Source of the DNA: Bacteroidota bacterium
GTDB taxonomy: Bacteria > Bacteroidota > Bacteroidia > Bacteroidales > FEN-979
Length of the DNA: 64,000 nt
NCBI GenBank assembly: GCA_037128705.1
Contig: JBAXVX010000012.1
Span: 38,122-102,121, forward strand
Direction: 5' to 3'
Shown: positions 48,632 to 59,319 of the stretch, piece by piece
Layout of the letters: each line of letters starts with the position of its first letter
How positions within the stretch are numbered: the first letter of the stretch is position 1
Notes under the pieces: model-generated
Databases searched by the model: none
What the model saw: only the letters and a program-made list of their open reading frames with translations
What the model was told of the DNA's origin: nothing
Program-made: the position numbers and the translations under genes

Positions 48632-50575
48632 TTAAGCGATTTCTCCCAGTTCGTTCTTTATCTCTTCCTGAACGAGCCTGATGAAATCTTCAATTTTCTG
48701 CGGACCTAAATCTCCCTGTCCATGTTTACGAACCGATACTGTTCCTTCAAGCTCTTCACGTTCTCCAACAACCAGCATAAAGGGAACTTTCATCAATTCA
48801 GCATCGCGGATCTTCTTACCGGCCTTTTCATTACGGTCGTCAATCTTGGCGCGAATTTCGGAATTATTTAGCAAATGTAAAACTTTTTTTGCATAATCCT
48901 GATATTTCTCGCTGATTGGCAATACAATAGCCTGATCAGGCGTAAGCCACAGCGGAAAATTACCGGCCGTATGTTCCAATAAGACTGCAACAAACCGTTC
49001 CATTGACCCGAATGGGGCCCGATGGATCATGACCGGACGATGTTTCTGGTTATCATTTCCGATGTATTCAAGTTCGAACCGATCAGGCAGGTTATAATCA
49101 ACCTGAATGGTCCCCAGTTGCCATTTCCTTCCAAGGGCATCCTTTACCATGAAGTCCATCTTGGGGCCATAAAATGCAGCCTCGCCCAGCTCAATCACAG
49201 TATTCAGCCCGCGTTCCTCAGCCACCTCCATGATGGCTTTTTCCGCCTTTTCCCAGTTTTCGTCAGAGCCTATGTATTTTTCTTTATTTTCAGGATCACG
49301 CAATGAAATCTGAACAATGAAATCTTTAAAGTTCAGGGCCTTAAAAATCAACATCACGATATCCATCACCCCTTTGAACTCATCTTTCACCTGTTCGGGC
49401 GTACAGAAAATATGGGCATCATCCTGGGTAAACCCGCGAACCCTGGTCAAGCCATGCAACTCGCCGCTTTGTTCATAGCGGTAAACGGTGCCAAATTCAG
49501 CAAGCCTGACCGGTAAATCGCGGTACGACCGGGGTTTTACTTTGTATATTTCGCAATGGTGAGGGCAATTCATCGGCTTCAGGAAGAATTCTTCGCCTTC
49601 GACAGGGGTCGTAATCGGGCGGAAAGAACTTTCGCCATATTTCTGGTAGTGACCCGAGGTTTTATATAATTCGACATTGCCAATGTGGGGGCACATGACC
49701 TGTTCGTAGCCCGCTTTTTTCTGAACTTTTTTCAGGAACATTTCCAAACGCTCACGCAAAGCGGCTCCACGCGGCAACCATAATGGAAGCCCAAGTCCGA
49801 CCTTCTGTGAAAAGGCAAATAATTCAAGTTCCTTGCCTAATTTCCGGTGATCACGTTTTTTCGCCTCTTCAAGAAAAACCAAAAATTCGTCGAGTTCCTT
49901 CTGTTTCGGAAAGGTAATCCCATAAACGCGCGTCAGCTGTTTGCGTTTTTCATCGCCACGCCAGTAAGCGCCGGCAATGTTGAGCAATTTGATGGCTTTG
50001 ATAAAACTGGTATCAGGGATGTGCGGACCGCGGCACAGATCGGTAAATTTGCCGGATTCATACAGGGTGATCTGCCCGTCTTCAAGGCCCTGGATCAACT
50101 CCAGTTTATATTCATCTCCTTTTGTGGTAAAATATTCTGTGGCATGGGATTTTGAAACTTCCTTCCGGATAAAATTTTGTTTCTCCCTTGCCAGTTCAAG
50201 GATCTTCTTTTCAATCTTAGTAAAATCATCCGATGAAATCGAATAATTTCCAAAATCAATATCATAGTAAAACCCATTGTCGATATCGGGACCAATGCCA
50301 AATTTCACTCCCGGGTACAGCAATTCAATCGCTTCAGCCATCAGATGTGCAGAAGAATGCCAGAGTGTGGCTTTACCTTCCGGATCACTCCAGGTGAACA
50401 ACCGGATTGTAGCATCAGCTGAAATTGAGCGTGTTGCATCCCATATATCACCGTTAACCTGGATTGAAAGAACATTGCGTGCCAATCCTTCGCTGATGCT
50501 TTTGGCAATCTCTATTCCTGTAACTCCTTCAGGATATTGACGAACCGAATTATCGGGTAAAGTAATATTAATCAT
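48632..50575 (-). CDS. thrS: Threonine-tRNA ligase
   Basis: TGS domain, [42 protein letters not shown]; -7 element CAAAGGTA at 50601-50608. Confidence 0.99.
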   Translation of the reverse strand: MINITLPDNSVRQYPEGVTGIEIAKSISEGLARNVLSIQVNGDIWDATRSISADATIRLFTWSDPEGKATLWHSSAHLMAEAIELLYPGVKFGIGPDIDNGFYYDIDFGNYSISSDDFTKIEKKILELAREKQNFIRKEVSKSHATEYFTTKGDEYKLELIQGLEDGQITLYESGKFTDLCRGPHIPDTSFIKAIKLLNIAGAYWRGDEKRKQLTRVYGITFPKQKELDEFLVFLEEAKKRDHRKLGKELELFAFSQKVGLGLPLWLPRGAALRERLEMFLKKVQKKAGYEQVMCPHIGNVELYKTSGHYQKYGESSFRPITTPVEGEEFFLKPMNCPHHCEIYKVKPRSYRDLPVRLAEFGTVYRYEQSGELHGLTRVRGFTQDDAHIFCTPEQVKDEFKGVMDIVMLIFKALNFKDFIVQISLRDPENKEKYIGSDENWEKAEKAIMEVAEERGLNTVIELGEAAFYGPKMDFMVKDALGRKWQLGTIQVDYNLPDRFELEYIGNDNQKHRPVMIHRAPFGSMERFVAVLLEHTAGNFPLWLTPDQAIVLPISEKYQDYAKKVLHLLNNSEIRAKIDDRNEKAGKKIRDAELMKVPFMLVVGEREELEGTVSVRKHGQGDLGPQKIEDFIRLVQEEIKNELGEIA

Positions 50576-50618
50576 GGACAAAGGGTGATTTTAAGGGGTG
50601 CAAAGGTAAGAATTTTAT

Positions 50619-52565
50619 TTAATTACCCAGCACTTTAAATTCAGTGCGGCGGTTATTTGCACGACCCTCTTCTGTTGAATTGAGATCAATGGGCTGACTG
50701 AATCCATACCCGGCAAAGGACAGCCGTGAGCCTGCGATTCCATGCTGAATCAGGTAATTGTATACAGCTCCTGCGCGGTTTCGTGATAATTCAAGGTTGT
50801 GTTCTTCGGTACCAATGTTATCGGTATGACCCCGGATTTCAATCTTCAGGTTCGGATTTTTCTGCAAAAGTTCCAGCAATTTCTGAAGTTCGGCAATGGA
50901 TTCATCTTTCAGAATGAATTTGTCGGTATCGAAAAAAATATTCTTTAACACCACCGCCTCCCCGATCTTGATCGGTTTGAGCGGAATATTCTTTATGAAT
51001 GGCCGGGAAAGTTCTGTTGTCGCCTTCAGTGAAAAATTTTCCGAAAAAAAGAGATAGCCCTCTTTTGACACGTTCAGTGCGTAGTTTTTCTCCGTGGGCA
51101 AAACCAGTAAAAACTCCCCGGTGATCCGGTCCGATCGCGACTCGGCCACAATCTTTGAAGTCTGAAGGTCGATGAGTTCAAACCTTGCCTCTAATCTGGC
51201 CTTGGTCACTTCATCATATACAATGCCTTTGAAATAGGTAGTCAGCAAGGGACGTGCTTCGCGGTAAAGAGCAAATTTATAAATATCCTGGCGGCCCTTC
51301 CCTCCCAGTTTATCAGAAGATATATAGGCTACGGAACCTTTCGCATTGACAACCAGCGTGATTTCATCGGCAAAGGTGTTGATCGGGAAGCCCATGTTTA
51401 CCGGCCGGTTCCATTCGCCATTCCATGTTTTCCGGGCATAAAAAAGATCCAGCTTTCCCATGCCGGGATGTCCTTTTGAGGAAAAATAGAGTGTTTGATC
51501 ATCGGGATGGATGAATGGCGCCATTTCTTCGTACCGGGTATTGATCGAATCTCCAAGGTTAACCGGTTTACTCCATTGTCCATCCGGTTGCAATTCCGTT
51601 TTCCAGATGTCAGAACTGCCTTTACCTCCGGTCCGGGTACTTGCAAAATACAGGGTTTTCCCATCGGAAGAGAAGGAGGGCTGTGAATCCCACTGGGGTG
51701 AATTAACCTCTGTCCCCAGGTTTTCGGGCACCGACCAATGATCACCCAGGCGATGAGCCCAGTAGATGTCGCACCGGCCATATCCCTCTGGCCTGTTACA
51801 GGCTGCAAAAAAAAGGTATTTCCCGTCAGGTGAAATACATAAAGCCCCTTCATTTCCATGGGTGTTGATGGGAGGCCCAAGATTCACTGCCTTCGACCAG
51901 GATGAATCGGTCCGGCGGGAAATATAGAAATCCTCCTCCCCGTTCTGGTTCTGGTCAATGGTTTGCTCATCAACGGGATTCAACCTTGTGAAGTAGATAA
52001 ACTCCTCATCAGCCGTGATCGCGTTAATGTATTCATCATACTTCGTGTTCAAACTGTCACCCATATTTACAGGTTCATACGGAACCGGGCGGGCCACACA
52101 CTGAATTGCGAAATCGCACGACCTGATCCCCTTTTCAGCCTGCTGTCTTTTTTGTTCAGGCAGCTGGCCGTTTTCAAGGAAACGCCGGTAATTCAGCCGG
52201 GCATCGGCATACCTGCCAACACTCAACTGCGTGTTTGCAAGGATATTATACAGTTCAGGGGCGAATGGACGATTGGTTCCGATTGCAGCAATATAGGAAT
52301 CGATCGCTTTTTCGGGCCGCTGGCTATCGGCATAAATATCACCCTGCAGGATATAGGCCTCTGTAAATGATGGCTCCTGTTCGATTGCTTTTTTCAATTC
52401 ACCCAGCGCCTTATCATAGTTCTTTGCCTGGTAGGAGTCAATTGCGGTGTAAAATAGTTTTTCAGCCCTTTTGTTCTGGGTGGAAAGTGGCTGCCCCTGA
52501 CCCAATCCAATGACCAATGACCAATGACCAATGACCAATATGAGGAGAAATCGCCGGGGGATCAT
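50619..52565 (-). CDS. OmpA-family protein with TPR, PD40 propeller and OmpA C-terminal domains (PorE-like architecture, no lipobox)
   Basis: TPR helices; repeated NLG..INT....P..S.DGK.LYF; NIFFDTDK, GHTDNIG...N.ELSRNRA, GRANNRRTEF. Confidence 0.9.
   Translation of the reverse strand: MIPRRFLLILVIGHWSLVIGLGQGQPLSTQNKRAEKLFYTAIDSYQAKNYDKALGELKKAIEQEPSFTEAYILQGDIYADSQRPEKAIDSYIAAIGTNRPFAPELYNILANTQLSVGRYADARLNYRRFLENGQLPEQKRQQAEKGIRSCDFAIQCVARPVPYEPVNMGDSLNTKYDEYINAITADEEFIYFTRLNPVDEQTIDQNQNGEEDFYISRRTDSSWSKAVNLGPPINTHGNEGALCISPDGKYLFFAACNRPEGYGRCDIYWAHRLGDHWSVPENLGTEVNSPQWDSQPSFSSDGKTLYFASTRTGGKGSSDIWKTELQPDGQWSKPVNLGDSINTRYEEMAPFIHPDDQTLYFSSKGHPGMGKLDLFYARKTWNGEWNRPVNMGFPINTFADEITLVVNAKGSVAYISSDKLGGKGRQDIYKFALYREARPLLTTYFKGIVYDEVTKARLEARFELIDLQTSKIVAESRSDRITGEFLLVLPTEKNYALNVSKEGYLFFSENFSLKATTELSRPFIKNIPLKPIKIGEAVVLKNIFFDTDKFILKDESIAELQKLLELLQKNPNLKIEIRGHTDNIGTEEHNLELSRNRAGAVYNYLIQHGIAGSRLSFAGYGFSQPIDLNSTEEGRANNRRTEFKVLGN
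52507..52539. repeat. Heptamer tandem repeat (CCAATGA)x4 plus CCAAT inside the signal-peptide coding region
   Basis: Direct reading; encodes LVIGHWSLVIG on the minus strand. Confidence 0.9.
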
Positions 52566-53194
52566 GGGATGTGCATGTATTTATGGCTTTGCAAGGATAT
52601 TCTCCACTTTGGATTTTCCTGGATATAACGGATTATTTCGGGCATCATCTGTTCATGCCTGCTCCATTCAGGCTGGAGATACAGGAGGCAGGCTGCGGGG
52701 ACGCGGCGGGCATTCTCCTCCCCCCATTGAAAATCAGTATGATCGTGGATGATTACTTTAATCTCACTGGCCTGACGGGCAACCTCATCCAGAGGAGGGG
52801 CATCTTTTTTCGGGGAAATGCAGATCCAATCCCACGTTCCGCTCAGGGGCTGTGAACCCGATGTTTCAAGATACCGGCTTATTCCATTTTTATGCAATTC
52901 ACTGCAGAGGTAATCCATATTGTACAAAAGCGGCTCGCCTCCGGTAACAACAATGGCTTTGGCAGGATAGGATGCCGCATGCGCCACAATTATGTCGGTT
53001 GAAACCGGCGGGAAATCATTCGCATTCCAGGATTCCTTAACATCGCACCATGTACACCCGACGTCGCAACCGCCCACGCGGATAAAATAGGCTGCCTGGC
53101 CGGTGTTAAATCCTTCTCCCTGCAAGGAATAAAACTCTTCCATCACCGGAAGTAGTTTCCCCTCCTGCAATAAAATATCCTGGAATTGATTCAA
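52562..53194 (-). CDS. queE: 7-carboxy-7-deazaguanine synthase (radical SAM)
   Basis: EEFYSLQGEG, CDVGCTWCD, TGGEP, ETSG, ISPK, LQPEW, SLQSHK. Start uncertain (TTG at 53194, just after the folD stop). Confidence 0.92.
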   Translation of the reverse strand: MNQFQDILLQEGKLLPVMEEFYSLQGEGFNTGQAAYFIRVGGCDVGCTWCDVKESWNANDFPPVSTDIIVAHAASYPAKAIVVTGGEPLLYNMDYLCSELHKNGISRYLETSGSQPLSGTWDWICISPKKDAPPLDEVARQASEIKVIIHDHTDFQWGEENARRVPAACLLYLQPEWSRHEQMMPEIIRYIQENPKWRISLQSHKYMHIP

Positions 53195-53199
53195 GGCAT

Positions 53200-54081
53200 T
53201 CAGATTATTTCTTTTTTTGCCGCCTTCAGTGTATTCTGGAGTAAAGATACAATGGTCATCGGACCTACTCCGCCCGGGACCGGTGTGATATAGCTGCACT
53301 TTCGTGAAACGCGGTCAAAATCCACATCTCCCTTCAGCCTGAATCCCGATTTGGTTTCAGTTGATGGAACCCGGTGAACCCCTACATCTATTACGACAGC
53401 ATCTTTTTTAACCATGTCGGCTGTAACAAATCCCATTTTGCCCATGGCCACGATGAGAATATCAGCCTGTGCAGCAACGGCAGGAATATCCCGCGAAAAA
53501 CTGTGGCACAACGTGACCGTGGCGTTCCCGACGGCCGACTTTCGTGAAAGAAGGATGCTGACCGGCGTTCCGACAATATGGCTGCGGCCAAGGACCACTA
53601 CGTTCTTTCCGGCAGTTTCAATGTTATACCTTTCCAGCAACGTGATAATGCCAAAGGGGGTCGCGGGTAAGAAACAGGGCTGGTTCAGCACCATTTTTCC
53701 GATGTTGACCGGATGGAAGCCATCCACATCTTTTTTAGGGTCAATCCTTTCGATGATGCGTTGCTCATCAATGTGGGCAGGGAGCGGCAGCTGGACAATA
53801 AATCCATGGACTTCCCTGTCGTCATTGAGAAAATCAACAACTTCAAGCAGTTTTTCCTGCGTAATATTTGACGGGTAGCGATACACCGAAGATATGAATC
53901 CCACTTCACGACAAGCTTTCTCCTTTGCAGCAACGTAGGTCATGCTGGCAGGATCTTCACCAACCAGGACGGCTGCGATGTGGGGAGCTTCAATCCCCTT
54001 GTCAAAAAAATCAGTCTTTACCTCCGTGGCGATCTCGGTTTTGATCTGATCGGCGATCAATTTACCATCAAGCAGTTTCAT
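53200..54081 (-). CDS. folD: Bifunctional methylene-THF dehydrogenase/cyclohydrolase
   Basis: LDGK, YVAAK, VQLPLP, KDVDG, PATP, GRSHIVG, TPVPGGVGPMT. Confidence 0.98.
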   Translation of the reverse strand: MKLLDGKLIADQIKTEIATEVKTDFFDKGIEAPHIAAVLVGEDPASMTYVAAKEKACREVGFISSVYRYPSNITQEKLLEVVDFLNDDREVHGFIVQLPLPAHIDEQRIIERIDPKKDVDGFHPVNIGKMVLNQPCFLPATPFGIITLLERYNIETAGKNVVVLGRSHIVGTPVSILLSRKSAVGNATVTLCHSFSRDIPAVAAQADILIVAMGKMGFVTADMVKKDAVVIDVGVHRVPSTETKSGFRLKGDVDFDRVSRKCSYITPVPGGVGPMTIVSLLQNTLKAAKKEII

Positions 54082-54091
54082 GGATGAGGAA

Positions 54092-55429
54092 TTAATTCAT
54101 GTTTTTCATGTTCCGCATAACGTTGGCCATATTTTTTCCTTTGTTGGCCGTAACCATTTTCATCATTTTCCGGGTATCGTCAAACTGCTTGATCAGCCTG
54201 TTCACATCCTGGATGGTGGTTCCCGATCCGGTTGCAATCCTTTTCCGGCGGCTGCCGTTCAGAACTGCAGGATTAACGCGTTCATCCGGAGTCATGGAGT
54301 GTATGATCGCCTCGATGCCCTTGAACGCATTGTCATCAATCTCAAGGTTGCGGATGGCTTTTCCCATCCCGGGGATCATCCCCAGCAAGTCCTTCACGTT
54401 GCCCATCTTTTTGATCTGCTTGATCTGGGCAAGAAAATCGTTGAAGTCAAATTGGTTCCGGGCAATTTTTTTCTGGAGTTTCTGCGACTCCTCTTCATCA
54501 AACTGCTCCTGTGCTTTTTCAACCAACGAAACGATGTCGCCCATCCCAAGGATGCGGTCGGCCATACGCTCAGGATAAAAAATGTCGATGGCATCCATTT
54601 TTTCACCGAGACCCACGAATTTGATGGGTTTATTTACGATAGACTTGATACTCAGCGCTGCCCCGCCCCGTGTATCCCCATCCAGTTTGGTAAGGACCAC
54701 TCCCTCAAAATCCAGGCGTTCGTTAAATGCTTTCGCGGTATTCACGGCATCCTGACCCGTCATTGAATCGACAACAAACAGTGTTTCCTGCGGGCGAATG
54801 GCCTCTTTGATGTTGGCAATTTCATCCATCATGATCTCATCGATGGCCAGACGACCTGCCGTATCAACAATTAATACATGATACCCATTCTCCCTGGCAA
54901 AAGTCAATGCCCGTTTGGCAATTTTTACCGGGTCGTTGGCTGCATCCTCAGTATAGACTTCCACCTCAATCTGACCTCCCAATACTTTCAACTGTTCGAT
55001 GGCTGCAGGACGGTAAACATCACACGCAACCAGCAGGACACGTTTCCCCTTCTTTGTCTTCAGGTAATTGGCCAGTTTAGCCGAAAAGGTAGTTTTCCCG
55101 GATCCCTGTAACCCCGCAATGAGGATGATCGCCGGTTCTCCCTTGAGGTTCAGCTCTGTTTTCTGGCCTCCCATAAGTTCGGCCAGCTCGTCATGAACGA
55201 TTTTTACCATGAGCTGGCCGGGAGAGACAGCCGTTAACACGTTCTGACCTATGGCTTTGTCCTTAACCTGATCGGTAAACTGCTTGGCAATTTTAAAGCT
55301 TACATCTGCGTCGAGTAAGGCTTTCCTGACATCTTTCAGCGTCTCGGCGACATTTATTTCCGAAATATGGCCATGTCCCTTAAGAACCTTAAAGGCCCTG
55401 TCTAATTTATCACTTAATCCTTCAAACAT
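54092..55429 (-). CDS. ffh: Signal recognition particle protein
   Basis: GLQGSGKTT, DTAGR, TKLDG, RILGMGD; M-domain SMTPDER...SRRKRIA.GSG. Confidence 0.99.
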   Translation of the reverse strand: MFEGLSDKLDRAFKVLKGHGHISEINVAETLKDVRKALLDADVSFKIAKQFTDQVKDKAIGQNVLTAVSPGQLMVKIVHDELAELMGGQKTELNLKGEPAIILIAGLQGSGKTTFSAKLANYLKTKKGKRVLLVACDVYRPAAIEQLKVLGGQIEVEVYTEDAANDPVKIAKRALTFARENGYHVLIVDTAGRLAIDEIMMDEIANIKEAIRPQETLFVVDSMTGQDAVNTAKAFNERLDFEGVVLTKLDGDTRGGAALSIKSIVNKPIKFVGLGEKMDAIDIFYPERMADRILGMGDIVSLVEKAQEQFDEEESQKLQKKIARNQFDFNDFLAQIKQIKKMGNVKDLLGMIPGMGKAIRNLEIDDNAFKGIEAIIHSMTPDERVNPAVLNGSRRKRIATGSGTTIQDVNRLIKQFDDTRKMMKMVTANKGKNMANVMRNMKNMN

Positions 55430-55505
55430 TGTATTCTACATTTTTTATACAACCTGCATCCCGGGGGCAAGCAGGAAAAACAATTTATTTCAGCTGGTTT
55501 TCCAA

Positions 55506-55521
55506 TAATTTTGCAAAATTA
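55506..55521. promoter_or_regulatory. 16-bp perfect palindrome made of two -7 elements; probable ffh promoter
   Basis: TAATTTTGCAAAATTA. Confidence 0.55.
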
Positions 55522-55694
55522 ACAATTTAAATTTACACTGGCTGCGAAGGATTGAATATGGTCGTCCTACCCTTCTGGATAACAAAACAGCCAACCTCCT
55601 GGCAGTTAAGAAATATTTCTGATATTTTTTAAAGTAATCTGTTTTTCTTTGTACGTTTGCATTTAACTATGGTATTAACGAAAAATCAAGGTCT

Positions 55695-57269
55695 ATGAAA
55701 AATTTACTTATTTTAACAATTTCGATGTTTTTAAGCATTTGGTCTATTGCCCAGACGGGCTGGATAGGGGCCAATTCTAACTTTCTCGCTGGCGAGGGAG
55801 TTGGCCAGCTCGCCATCGGCATGAACAATGCGGATGCCATATGGGCTCATGCAATCGATGCCTCAGGAGGAATTCTTGACAAATTTTCCAAATCGACCGA
55901 TGGCGGGGCAACCTGGACAGCCGGTACATTCAATGCAGGTTCAGGACTTTCACAAATTTTCGCCATTGATGAAAATGTATGCTGGGCCCTTTTCAACACC
56001 GGTGCAACACAGGGTATTTACAAAACCATTAATGGTGGAACAACATGGGTAAAAAAGGGTGGTGTTTTCAATAATTCATCCTTTGCCGATGCCATGCACT
56101 TTTTTAACGAAAGTGACGGATTTGCAATGGGAGATCCCGTTGGCGGCTATTTTGAAATATACACTACCAGCGATGGCGGTGAAACATGGACCCGCGTCCC
56201 CTCTGCCAATATTCCGGCCCCTACCTCGGGTGAATATGGCATAACCGGCAACTATTGTGCAGCTGGTACCAACTGCATATGGTTTGGCACAAACAAAGGC
56301 AGGGTTTTCCGTTCAATCGACAAGGGACTTCACTGGGCAGTTTCACTGACAGCATTCGGGAATACCGAAACGATTGCACCTGTGTTTGCTGACACATTGA
56401 ATGGCATTGTTTACCGTTCGTACCTGGATCTTGGTTTGGGAACTGAATTAAATGTAACAGATGATGGCGGAGCCACCTGGACCAGCCTTAGCATCAACGG
56501 AAATATGTATTCACGTTATTTCTCTTTCATTCCCGGAACTACCAATACCTATGTTGGTTCTTCCGCACTGGCCGGAGAAAATGGAATTTCCGTCAGTTAC
56601 GATGGTGGCGTTAACTGGAGTGTCATTACTTCAGATTACGATTTTTGCGCCACTGCATTCCTGAATGATTCGGTGGGTTGGTCGGGATCGATCGCTGCAG
56701 CAAAGAAAAACGTCAATACGACTGGTGGGATGTATGTTTATGACGGACCTCCCCTTGCACCGATGATTCCTGTTGCAAACTTCAGCGCCGATGTTACTGC
56801 GGTTGCGATCGGTGGTGTGGTGCATTTTACCGACCTTTCAACTGGCAGCCCAACCTCAAGGTACTGGAGTTTCCAGGGAGGAACCCCCAGCATCTCTACC
56901 CTTCAATTCCCTATTATAACCTATAACGTTTCCGGCACCTATGATGTAACCCTCACAGCGACAAATGCAAATGGAAGCAACACCATTACGAAAGCAGGTT
57001 ATATCTATGTTGGTGGTGTTGGCGTAAACGAGCAGTCTCTCGCTACCATCTCGATATTCCCGAATCCTGTTCAGGATGTGCTGAACATCCAGGCTTCAGC
57101 AAATATCAAAGAGGTTACCCTGATGAATATGGTCGGACAGGTTGTTCTCAGCGTGAAAGCTGATGGCACCAGTGTAACCATCCATACATCTGATCTTAAA
57201 TCAGGAATTTATAACCTGAAAATCAGCATGGCAGATGGTTCCATTAACAAAAAAATCGTAGTGAACTAA
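55695..57269 (+). CDS. BNR/Asp-box beta-propeller protein with PKD domain and T9SS type A CTD
   Basis: Repeated S/T-x-D-G-G-x-T-W boxes, FTDLSTGSPTSRYWSF PKD, IFPNPVQD...GIYNL...KKIVVN; -7 element TACGTTTG at 55652-55659. Confidence 0.88.
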   Translation: MKNLLILTISMFLSIWSIAQTGWIGANSNFLAGEGVGQLAIGMNNADAIWAHAIDASGGILDKFSKSTDGGATWTAGTFNAGSGLSQIFAIDENVCWALFNTGATQGIYKTINGGTTWVKKGGVFNNSSFADAMHFFNESDGFAMGDPVGGYFEIYTTSDGGETWTRVPSANIPAPTSGEYGITGNYCAAGTNCIWFGTNKGRVFRSIDKGLHWAVSLTAFGNTETIAPVFADTLNGIVYRSYLDLGLGTELNVTDDGGATWTSLSINGNMYSRYFSFIPGTTNTYVGSSALAGENGISVSYDGGVNWSVITSDYDFCATAFLNDSVGWSGSIAAAKKNVNTTGGMYVYDGPPLAPMIPVANFSADVTAVAIGGVVHFTDLSTGSPTSRYWSFQGGTPSISTLQFPIITYNVSGTYDVTLTATNANGSNTITKAGYIYVGGVGVNEQSLATISIFPNPVQDVLNIQASANIKEVTLMNMVGQVVLSVKADGTSVTIHTSDLKSGIYNLKISMADGSINKKIVVN

Positions 57270-57289
57270 GCAATTGGTTCCCTTATCAG

Positions 57290-57330
57290 AACGGCTGTCT
57301 CAAAATATGAGGCGGCCGTTTTTTTTATTT
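57290..57330 (+). terminator. Intrinsic terminator between convergent genes
   Basis: AACGGCTGTCTCA-aaata-TGAGGCGGCCGTT followed by a T tract. Confidence 0.8.
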
Positions 57331-59120
57331 TACATCCGTTCGGGCACCTCAATTCCAAGAAGGGTCATTGACTTTTTAATGATATTTCCGGCAAATTCAG
57401 AGATCAAAATCCGCAATAAGACCTTTTCTTCATTCGTCTCCTTTAACACAGGCAATTCCTGATATAACTGGTTGAATCCCTTTGCCAGATCATAAACATA
57501 GTTGGCAATCACTGCAGGACTCATTTCATCGCCAGCCTGTATGACGGCCGGCTGAAACTGGTACAGCCGCACAATCGTCTCCTTTTCCAGTGGCAACAGC
57601 GGCTGATGCAGGGAAACACCTGTATTCTCCCATTGAATTCCAGCCATCCGCGCTTTTCCAAGCAACGACTGTATACGGGCATAGGTATACTGGATAAACG
57701 GACCTGTATTCCCGTTGAAATCGATCGATTCCCCGGGGTCAAACAACATATTTTTACGTGGATCGACTTTCAGAATAAAGTATTTCAAAGCGCCGGAACC
57801 AATTTTATTGAACAGATTGGCTGCATCCTCATCTGAAAGTTCACTGGCTTTTCCAAGTTCACGGGTAGTCTCCTCGGCTGTCCTGAACATTTCATCCATC
57901 AGATCATCGGCATCAACAACGGTTCCTTCCCGTGATTTCATCTTGCCCTGGGGAAGTTCCACCATCCCGTATGAAAGGTGATGGATATGGCTGGCATATT
58001 CTTTTCCAAGTTTTATGAGTACTTTTTTCAGCACATCAAAATGATAGTTTTGTTCATTTCCGACCACATAAATCATGGATGACGGATGGTAATCATTAAA
58101 TCGCAACTCAGCCGTACCCAGGTCCTGGGTCATGTATACCGAGGTGCCGTCGGAACGGAGCAATAATTTCTCATCAAGTCCCTCTTCCCTCAGATCGGCC
58201 CAGATGCTTCCATCATCCTGCTGAACCAGTGCACCGGAACGAAGACCTTCCATGACAAGGCTTTTGCCAAGAAGGTAGGTTTCGCTCTCGTAATATATTT
58301 TGTCGAAATCAACTCCCAGGCGGCGATAGGTTTGATCGAAACCCTCATAGGCCCATCCGTTCATGGTCTTCCACAGATCAACAGTTTCAGGATCCTTTGC
58401 TTCCCATTTTCTCAGGATTTCCTGTGCTTCGACGATCAGCGGCGCTTGCTTTTCAGCCTCTTCCCCGGTGAGCCCTTTTTCAATCAGGTCAAGAATTTCT
58501 GCTTTGTAGTAGTCATTAAACAGCACATAATATTTTCCGATCAGGTGGTCGCCCTTTATACCGGTTGAAGCGGGAGTTTCATGATTTCCCCATTTCATGT
58601 ATGCAAGCATCGATTTGCAGATATGGATGCCCCGATCGTTTACCAGGTTTACTTTAACAACTTGATGGCCATTGGCCTTCAGGATTTCGGCCAGCGAAAA
58701 TCCCAGCAGGTTGTTGCGGATATGACCGAGATGAAGCGGTTTATTGGTATTTGGTGAAGAATATTCGAGAACTACCGGGTGGGTATCCCTGGTTTTGCGA
58801 AACCCGAATTCGGTATGATCTGCCTGGCTTACCAGAAAATTCATCCAGAAATGATCGCTCAGGACCAGGTTAAGAAAGCCCTTAATAACATTAAATTCAA
58901 CTATTTCCTTCAAATGATCGGATAAAAAACCACCTATTTCTCTGGCAGTTTCTTCAGGTGATTTCCTTGAGATTTTAAGAAGTGGAAATACAACAATGGT
59001 GTAATCTCCGATAATTTCCTTTTTGGTTTTTTCAAGCCCGATGGATTCGGGTTTGATTTCATGACCATATAATTGTTTTACAGCTTCGCAGGTTTGTTCC
59101 AGTAATTTAGTCTCTATCAT
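57330..59120 (-). CDS. argS: Arginine-tRNA ligase
   Basis: EYSSPNTNKPLHLGHIRN (HIGH), RSDGTSVYMTQD, KMKSREG, QYTYAR, IEVPERM; -7 element at 59139-59146. Confidence 0.98.
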   Translation of the reverse strand: MIETKLLEQTCEAVKQLYGHEIKPESIGLEKTKKEIIGDYTIVVFPLLKISRKSPEETAREIGGFLSDHLKEIVEFNVIKGFLNLVLSDHFWMNFLVSQADHTEFGFRKTRDTHPVVLEYSSPNTNKPLHLGHIRNNLLGFSLAEILKANGHQVVKVNLVNDRGIHICKSMLAYMKWGNHETPASTGIKGDHLIGKYYVLFNDYYKAEILDLIEKGLTGEEAEKQAPLIVEAQEILRKWEAKDPETVDLWKTMNGWAYEGFDQTYRRLGVDFDKIYYESETYLLGKSLVMEGLRSGALVQQDDGSIWADLREEGLDEKLLLRSDGTSVYMTQDLGTAELRFNDYHPSSMIYVVGNEQNYHFDVLKKVLIKLGKEYASHIHHLSYGMVELPQGKMKSREGTVVDADDLMDEMFRTAEETTRELGKASELSDEDAANLFNKIGSGALKYFILKVDPRKNMLFDPGESIDFNGNTGPFIQYTYARIQSLLGKARMAGIQWENTGVSLHQPLLPLEKETIVRLYQFQPAVIQAGDEMSPAVIANYVYDLAKGFNQLYQELPVLKETNEEKVLLRILISEFAGNIIKKSMTLLGIEVPERM

Positions 59121-59223
59121 CTCGCTAATGTTTCCCGGCAAATTTACGCTAAATTCATGAATTCAGACAACTTATGCGGCTCCGGAAGGATCAGGAAACG
59201 GATGTTTTTTTTTTAATTTTGCC

Positions 59224-59254
59224 TTTGTTTGTTCCTGAAAAAGGAGTAGGTTTG
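59224..59254 (+). promoter_or_regulatory. Bacteroidota sigma-A-type promoter (-33/-7)
   Basis: TTTG at 59224-59227, 19-nt spacer, TAGGTTTG at 59247-59254. Confidence 0.65.
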
Positions 59255-59319
59255 CAGATAATCTCCAGAAAGATATAATTTCAAAAACAATATTAACAAT
59301 CCCAAAAATCGAGGTTAGC

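Noticed and set aside
53195-53299. N-terminal extension of queE in the ORF track
   Set aside because: Overlaps the folD C-terminus by about 100 nt and has no QueE-like sequence; a later start is more plausible.
54080-54766. 228-aa plus-strand ORF (and a 159-aa ORF at 54099)
   Set aside because: Antisense shadows of the highly conserved ffh gene; no recognisable motifs.
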